This document shows positions 58,779 to 64,000 of a stretch of DNA of 64,000 bases, piece by piece. Position 1 is the first letter of the stretch. Each line of letters opens with the position of its first letter. Position numbers and translations under genes: made by a program. Under the pieces are notes generated by a model that searched no databases, was not told the origin of the DNA, and worked only from the letters and a program-made list of their open reading frames with translations. This stretch comes from an uncultured virus (IMG/VR IMGVR_UViG_3300035654_000005) (taxonomy: Duplodnaviria; Heunggongvirae; Uroviricota; Caudoviricetes). The DNA lies in IMG/VR virus record IMGVR_UViG_3300035654_000005; one strand, 5' to 3'.

Positions 58779-59624
58779 ATGACAGACATTACACCTAAAC
58801 CAACCCGAACACCTAGAGCATCCAAACCTAAAAAAGCTGCAAAGCGAGGTCGGAGCAATCCAGACCTGTTACCTTTTGAAGAAGCGAGAGAATACATTCG
58901 ATCAGAAATGATTGAAAGTCGTAGTAACTTCGAAACGTGGTGGCAGCGTAATCAACCAAAAACTATTCCTAGATTCCCGTACAGAGCGTATGAGAAAAAA
59001 GGATGGGTTAGTTGGAATGACTTTCTAGGAGTCAACAACGAATTCGTAGGTAAGAAAGTAGCAAAGTGGAGACACTTTGAAGACGCTGTGAAGTGGGTAC
59101 ACGCCCTTCGCCTAGAAACACAAGCAGATTGGACTAGGTTTGCGAAGACAGTTGACAAACCTGAAGACATCCCACATCGACCAGATTTAGTATATGCTAA
59201 ATGGACATCATGGAATCACTGGCTGGGTAATAAGCCTAGCGAGCGCATTAAAATAGCTGAAGAAAACCAAGGTGTGTTCTATATCATCCACGAAGAGGGC
59301 TTCCCTTCTAACGTGTTGACGTATGGAGTAGAACCTGGAGGACTAACAGCACTGAAGAGTCGTTGGGAACGCTCACCATATGAGATCGTTAAATTCTTCA
59401 AGAACAAACGAGAAAAAACTGAAGAAGTTAGTAAGGTAATCAACGCTCTCACTACTGAATATCAAGGATATGCTAAACAACGAATCACACCTAATATTTG
59501 GGAAGTGATATGGTACATTCAGATGCAACTTGAAATTATCAGTAATCTAAGCGTCGATCAACCTACAAAAAATACGCTAAATGGCTTAATGCCAATTCAG
59601 CAATTGAGAAATTTCACCGAATGA
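58779..59624 (+). CDS. protein with two integrase-repeat-like (INT_rpt-type) units
   Basis: FEEAREYIRS...IPRFPYRAY..KGWVSWNDFLG and FEDAVKWVHA...IPHRPDLVY.KWTSWNHWLG. Confidence 0.68.
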   Translation: MTDITPKPTRTPRASKPKKAAKRGRSNPDLLPFEEAREYIRSEMIESRSNFETWWQRNQPKTIPRFPYRAYEKKGWVSWNDFLGVNNEFVGKKVAKWRHFEDAVKWVHALRLETQADWTRFAKTVDKPEDIPHRPDLVYAKWTSWNHWLGNKPSERIKIAEENQGVFYIIHEEGFPSNVLTYGVEPGGLTALKSRWERSPYEIVKFFKNKREKTEEVSKVINALTTEYQGYAKQRITPNIWEVIWYIQMQLEIISNLSVDQPTKNTLNGLMPIQQLRNFTE

Positions 59625-59984
59625 GTAAGCTAGGGGAGTTGGATTAATCCACTTCCCTGCTGCACTACCATTAACTTCAATAGCCTGACTAATCAATGAG
59701 AATGCACGATATACTGCAAACTCGTCTGATGTATCAGCCATATCAACACATACGGTAGGTGGAGTAGTACCAAAATCTACATATTCATGCACAGTGATGT
59801 TTGTGTTATCTAATGCGTTTTGAATAGCTTCAGGATTACAAGCTACGTTTGATTGTGTTGTTAACTGATTGATAAACGTCCATCTAGTAGTGATAAGATG
59901 GATATCTTGAAACGGTTCACTCATACTGTCAGCCAACAACACACAATCTTCAATTGAAATTACTTTGGATGAATCAACAAACAT
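59586..59984 (-). CDS. hypothetical protein
   Basis: Coupled to the ORF at 59984-60256. Confidence 0.6.
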   Translation of the reverse strand: MFVDSSKVISIEDCVLLADSMSEPFQDIHLITTRWTFINQLTTQSNVACNPEAIQNALDNTNITVHEYVDFGTTPPTVCVDMADTSDEFAVYRAFSLISQAIEVNGSAAGKWINPTPLAYSFGEISQLLNWH

Positions 59985-60256
59985 TACATACCAACCTGTA
60001 ATCTTGTCAAAATACGAATGATGTTAGTAGTCGACTTCTGTAGTTTTTTCTGGTAGTAATTCTTTTTAGCAGACGTCTTTGCGTTTTTAATTTCTTGACG
60101 GAAAAAGGTTGCTTCTTTTGACAAACCCTGGAGATGCTCTTGGATCGCGGCGTGAGATTCTCTGAGCTTAGGATCGTTCTTTGGTGCTGGTGAATATGTA
60201 ATTCCTGAGTCGCTTGTAGTTGCTACTGTTGACTCGTCTGGCAGGCTATTAACCAT
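59984..60256 (-). CDS. hypothetical protein
   Basis: AAGGAG RBS; basic helical C-terminus. Confidence 0.7.
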   Translation of the reverse strand: MVNSLPDESTVATTSDSGITYSPAPKNDPKLRESHAAIQEHLQGLSKEATFFRQEIKNAKTSAKKNYYQKKLQKSTTNIIRILTRLQVGM

Positions 60257-60325
60257 AATTTAGTGCTCCTTGTTATAAATTATACCTTAGTATACCAGGG
60301 AACACACAAATTATGCAACAATTAC

Positions 60326-60838
60326 TTAGTTAGGAAGTCCAGAAATATATAACAATTCGATATTACCGACAGACCAAACATCGTATGTTTGAGCATTGTC
60401 CTCAGAGCGTAGCTTTGATTTCTCGATATCTGTACCAGATAGAATGCTATTACGTGTATTCATCGTAGTCTTAACATCTTCTGCTTTGTAAGTCCACAAT
60501 TCAGTAAACGTACCATCCGGCATTGCACGCTTGTATACTAAGTGAGATCCTGGAACAACCCTAATTAATCCCATTTTATTAGGGTCAGTTGATTCTGGTT
60601 CAGCCTCATCAGCAAATTGGTCTTCTCCGTCCAACTGGTCGTCCAATTCTGGATCAACGTCATCGAGACCCAACTCATCATCGATCGGTAAGTCATCTTC
60701 TTGGTCGATAGCATGGTTGGACAGTTCGATGTCTTCTGGTGAAGGCAGGCGATCAGCATAGTCTGATTGATTTGTAGATGCCCTAACGTCTGCAGTATTC
60801 TTAGGAAGGCGGGAGATTGTGATTTCAGTTAGTAACAT
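60326..60838 (-). CDS. hypothetical acidic protein (late promoter; possible internal head protein)
   Basis: MLLTEI start, acidic middle; TATAAATA at 60866-60873 on the minus strand. Confidence 0.7.
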   Translation of the reverse strand: MLLTEITISRLPKNTADVRASTNQSDYADRLPSPEDIELSNHAIDQEDDLPIDDELGLDDVDPELDDQLDGEDQFADEAEPESTDPNKMGLIRVVPGSHLVYKRAMPDGTFTELWTYKAEDVKTTMNTRNSILSGTDIEKSKLRSEDNAQTYDVWSVGNIELLYISGLPN

Positions 60839-60847
60839 GTATTAAGC

Positions 60848-60892
60848 TCGATAAGGTTCATTCTATATTTATACCAGAATGAACCTTATCGA
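60848..60892. repeat. perfect 17-bp inverted repeat with a late promoter in the 11-nt loop
   Basis: TCGATAAGGTTCATTCT-ATATTTATACC-AGAATGAACCTTATCGA. Confidence 0.92.
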
Positions 60893-60896
60893 CTGT

Positions 60897-61364
60897 TTAG
60901 TAGCGTACTATTCTAGGAGGAGGTGGAGCTGGTGGTTCAGGAGGAGGTTTATCATCTGCAACTGGTTGGTAACCGTACGGTCGATTTTGAGTTTTTGATG
61001 AACCTGTTTGTAACGTCCCTTTGAACGTCTGCAGTGGGATATATGGCGCATACCAAAATCCAACATCGCTAAATTCAGTGTAGTAAAATAATCCATCTTC
61101 GCTAAAATACAGATTTTCTTCTTGATAGAACAACATGGTGCCATCATCGGTTTTAACGTCACTTCTAGTTGGCATTGGCTCTTCTAAGGCATACGTACGG
61201 GATACTGATGGACCATCTGCATCTACGTTAAAATACGTAATTTGCATGGTACCGTTATTGTAGTCAGTGTAGATACTATTCCGCTCAATGTTGCCCTTAT
61301 AACCTACTTTGCAGCATAGATCTTTAGTATTTCCGTACCTTGTTGTTATATTAAGGAGTTTCAT
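60897..61364 (-). CDS. hypothetical protein with a Pro-rich C-terminus
   Basis: AAGGA RBS, open frame. Confidence 0.62.
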   Translation of the reverse strand: MKLLNITTRYGNTKDLCCKVGYKGNIERNSIYTDYNNGTMQITYFNVDADGPSVSRTYALEEPMPTRSDVKTDDGTMLFYQEENLYFSEDGLFYYTEFSDVGFWYAPYIPLQTFKGTLQTGSSKTQNRPYGYQPVADDKPPPEPPAPPPPRIVRY

Positions 61365-61420
61365 TGCGTAGTCCTTTATTATTTTTAGTTGTATAATGCA
61401 GTAACCGTTAAGGAACTAGC

Positions 61421-62182
61421 ATGACACAGTATTACGTATATCATCTGATAAACTCAATAGATGGACAACCGTTTTATATAGGTAAAGGTACAGGATCTCG
61501 AATGTATCAACATTTACGAGAAGCTGAACGAACCACGTATACACACCGGCCTGTCCACAATAAAATAAGATCCATCGTATCTAAGGGTGGAGAAGTAGAA
61601 TATAAAAAGTTTGAATGCCAAACCGAAGATGAGGCGTTTGCAGAAGAGAAACGGTACATAGCTTTATTCGGAAGGCGTGATTTAGGCTTAGGACCACTGA
61701 TGAATTTATCTGATGGTGGAGAAGGTGCTCAACGGAATAGAGATAGTGTTGAACGAACAGCCACATTTCACAGAGGGCGCAAACGAACAGATGAATCTAA
61801 GGTAGTTATGAAGGCAGCACAAATTAAAAGTGCAGCCGAAAAGAGATTAAAATATGGTGGTAAAGCAGCTTCCGAAGAAACTATCGCTTTGATGAGACAA
61901 CAGAGNNNNNNNNNNCAACAGAGAACTGGAAAACAATGGAGCGACAATGCGCGATCCACTATTAGAAACAAACCTACAGCAACACCCGTGATGGTTTACT
62001 ACAAGGACACAGGAACCTTTGTAGGTGAGTGGGAATCAATGGCTTTGTGTGCTAAAGAATTGACGTTGGATGTATCAGCAATTTGGAAGATTTTAAGTGG
62101 GAGGCTATCTAAAGCACCGGATGGAACAATGAGACCTTACAAATCGACAAAAGGATACACTTTCAAATACAAGAATCAATAA
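61421..62182 (+). CDS. free-standing GIY-YIG homing endonuclease with NUMOD-like DNA-binding segments
   Basis: YYVYHL...PFYIGKG..R...H, EDEAFAEEKRYI, NLSDGGEG; C-terminal GEWESMALCAKEL....AIWKIL; the gap at 61906-61915 has duplicated flanks (CAACAGAG). Confidence 0.85.
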   Translation: MTQYYVYHLINSIDGQPFYIGKGTGSRMYQHLREAERTTYTHRPVHNKIRSIVSKGGEVEYKKFECQTEDEAFAEEKRYIALFGRRDLGLGPLMNLSDGGEGAQRNRDSVERTATFHRGRKRTDESKVVMKAAQIKSAAEKRLKYGGKAASEETIALMRQQXXXXQQRTGKQWSDNARSTIRNKPTATPVMVYYKDTGTFVGEWESMALCAKELTLDVSAIWKILSGRLSKAPDGTMRPYKSTKGYTFKYKNQ

Positions 62183-62208
62183 AAAAGCCGCTATATAGCG
62201 GCTTTTTT
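62181..62208. terminator. bidirectional intrinsic terminator
   Basis: AAAAAAGCCGCT-ATAT-AGCGGCTTTTTT. Confidence 0.9.
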
Positions 62209-62210
62209 AT

Positions 62211-63257
62211 TTAGCGCAATCCGTTTGGAATGCCTTTAGCTGTCACAGCTGTCGCGCTCCAGGGATGTAAGCTCTCGAGATGCTCAGTAACAATGCTAAA
62301 GTCCAATACTTTACCTTGATCAAATAACTCATCAACACCTTCGTACAACAAACGAATTGCATCTTCAGTGAATAGTAAGTTAGAACCATTTAGTTCAGCA
62401 AACGCTTGTTCATCACGACGCTTACAAATCACAACAACTTCTGTTGGTACTTGACGACGAGCAATTTCAACAATGTCTTCAATGTACACTGGATCTTTAG
62501 GATTGAACTCAACGGTGATCTTACCAATACTGCGTTGTGAGTGACCGTTAGCCGCCTTGTTACGTTTTAGACGAGCATCTAGTGCTAATTCAAACGAACA
62601 TGGACATGTAGAAGAGTACACATAATCAACTGTTAAGTAGAACTTGTATGCATCACCATGCTTTTGGCCTTCTAGTACACAATCATAGAATATGTGGCCT
62701 AATGCTTTTTCGTGACTAAGAGCAACGCCATCGACGATCTTGAATACTTCTGGATCGGACTCTTTCCACTCATCACCAGCCTTACGCTCAGGTAATTCTT
62801 GACGTGTACGCAACGCAGCTTGTACCCATGGATATTTAAACTTCATCTTGCAGTAAATGCTGTGTGAATCTTGTTTAGCTTGTAACGCATCTAAGATGTT
62901 AGTCAAGCCTTCAATTGAAAGGTGGTTAGCTAACTGTTCGTGCATTACAATCGGGAAACGACTTAGGTTAAGACCTTTTGAGTTGATATTGTCGAGTGAG
63001 CCGTACAGCGACACACTAGCGTGTAACTTTTCTACAGAACCATCACGACGGATGAAATTAACAGGTAAATCAACACCATTAACACCAACCTTGTTAATCT
63101 TAATGCGTTTACCTGGAATGAATGGCTCAACTTGTGGATCTGGTAAGTCTTCATCGTTTGGATAGAAGTCTGCATCGTATTTGAAGTCTAGCTGAGGCAT
63201 GTGCTCAGAATAGTCATTATGTCTGAACTCAGTTGGTTGAGTATACTTAATAGTCAT
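62211..63257 (-). CDS. folE2: GTP cyclohydrolase IB (FolE2)
   Basis: LPDPQ, INKVGV, KGLNLSRF, YSSTCPCS, HSQRS, KRRDEQAFAELN, FTEDAIR, HLESLHPWSA. Confidence 0.93.
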   Translation of the reverse strand: MTIKYTQPTEFRHNDYSEHMPQLDFKYDADFYPNDEDLPDPQVEPFIPGKRIKINKVGVNGVDLPVNFIRRDGSVEKLHASVSLYGSLDNINSKGLNLSRFPIVMHEQLANHLSIEGLTNILDALQAKQDSHSIYCKMKFKYPWVQAALRTRQELPERKAGDEWKESDPEVFKIVDGVALSHEKALGHIFYDCVLEGQKHGDAYKFYLTVDYVYSSTCPCSFELALDARLKRNKAANGHSQRSIGKITVEFNPKDPVYIEDIVEIARRQVPTEVVVICKRRDEQAFAELNGSNLLFTEDAIRLLYEGVDELFDQGKVLDFSIVTEHLESLHPWSATAVTAKGIPNGLR

Positions 63258-63277
63258 TGTAGTCCTTATTATTGTTA

Positions 63278-63847
63278 TTATTTTAGTGTATTTGTATATT
63301 GTAACACAAGTTGTACGCGTTCGTCAATATGTGGTGTTGATATTTTGTTGAAATATTTAGCAGTACTGGTAAATTCACGTGTATATTCGTACATCACGTT
63401 ATCTACCATACGGCTATAATGTTGGTTAACACCACGCACACCATCTTCAACAGGTTTAAAATGTCCTGCTTCTAAGTAGAATACTCCAGCATACTGATCT
63501 TGAGCATGGCTACATTTGAAGTAGTATTCGTCTAACCAGTCGCTATACTCATTGTCCTTACCTAATGCAACTAGTGCGTAAGTGAATAAGTCAGCAAATG
63601 TGCGTTCAGTGAAGAATATATCATTTGATTCAACTGCCTCTTTCTCGTCTGCCATCTTACGAGCTAGAATTTCGTCTTGAAATTTAATCGTGAGATCGCG
63701 ATTGTTGTTCACTTCGGATAGTGTTACGTTCCAGTCAGTTAAGATAGAACGTGAAGTTTTGCGGGATACAACTGGAAAGTGATGGCCTAAGACGTCAAGC
63801 AGTGTGGATTTACCTGTACCTTGACTACCAGCAATAGAGATTAGCAT
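63278..63847 (-). CDS. P-loop nucleotide kinase / AAA-type ATPase (dNMP kinase or NadR-like)
   Basis: ISIAGSQGTGKSTL, TERTFADLFTY, VEDGVR. Confidence 0.75.
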   Translation of the reverse strand: MLISIAGSQGTGKSTLLDVLGHHFPVVSRKTSRSILTDWNVTLSEVNNNRDLTIKFQDEILARKMADEKEAVESNDIFFTERTFADLFTYALVALGKDNEYSDWLDEYYFKCSHAQDQYAGVFYLEAGHFKPVEDGVRGVNQHYSRMVDNVMYEYTREFTSTAKYFNKISTPHIDERVQLVLQYTNTLK

Positions 63848-63872
63848 AATGGTCCTTATTTTAATAAGATGT

Positions 63873-63902
63873 ATTATACATTCATCTGGACGGATTAGTC
63901 AA
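63873..63902 (-). promoter_or_regulatory. sigma70-like promoter for kinase-folE2
   Basis: Minus strand TTGACT-18 nt-TATAAT. Confidence 0.55.
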
Positions 63903-63998
63903 CTTCTCAATGAGCTGAGTGTACTGATTAACTGATTGCTGAACAGTGCATCGTTCAGATATGTAGCGCCTAGCTTCATCCCGTATAGTAGTTAGAGT
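63882..63998 (-). CDS. 3' end of a gene entering from beyond the window (weakly like a GT-B glycosyltransferase C-terminal helix)
   Basis: Open frame TLTTIRDEARRYISERCTVQQSVNQYTQLIEKLTNPSR*; only 38 codons visible. Confidence 0.3.
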   Translation of the reverse strand, partial: TLTTIRDEARRYISERCTVQQSVNQYTQLIEKLTNPSR

Positions 63999-64000
63999 AG

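Noticed and set aside
61906..61915. Possible disruption of the GIY-YIG gene
   Set aside because: Gap with duplicated CAACAGAG flanks; artefact
1..64000. CRISPR arrays, tRNA or rRNA genes
   Set aside because: No regularly spaced direct repeats or cloverleaf-like sequences seen by eye; intergenic spaces are short. A tRNAscan/Infernal run would be needed to exclude them fully.
1..64000. Stop-codon reassignment as seen in some large phages
   Set aside because: Conserved genes are full length in the standard code, and TAA, TAG and TGA all end genes at expected positions

Overview
This window is part of a large T4-related (myovirus, probably jumbo) phage genome, read in the standard genetic code. 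It holds a head module (gp21-like protease, gp22-like scaffold, gp23-like major capsid), neck and tail genes (gp13, gp14, gp15, gp18, gp19, a tube-fold baseplate protein, gp4), small and large terminase, and several fibre-like structural genes. It also holds a recombination/replication module (gp32, UvsX, UvsY, UvsW, clamp loader gp44/gp62, GroES-like), a GIY-YIG endonuclease and folE2. T4-type late promoters (NATAAATA), sigma70-type promoters and intrinsic terminators are easy to see. Six 10-N scaffold gaps break reading frames and are assembly artefacts. The most notable feature is a six-gene minus-strand cassette at 46971-50670: a cupin-like protein, four membrane His-box desaturases arranged as a duplicated A-B pair, and an acyl carrier protein. 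It sits antisense between fibre genes behind its own late-promoter motif and resembles the ACP/multi-desaturase core of bacterial alkyne/polyyne gene clusters. Also notable are a miniature DnaE (Pol III alpha) core split into two genes about 15.7 kb apart, late promoters inside hairpins that would hide ribosome-binding sites, and a late-promoter HbpS/GlcG haem-binding gene directly after the major capsid gene. All family assignments come from motif recognition and gene order; no database search was run.
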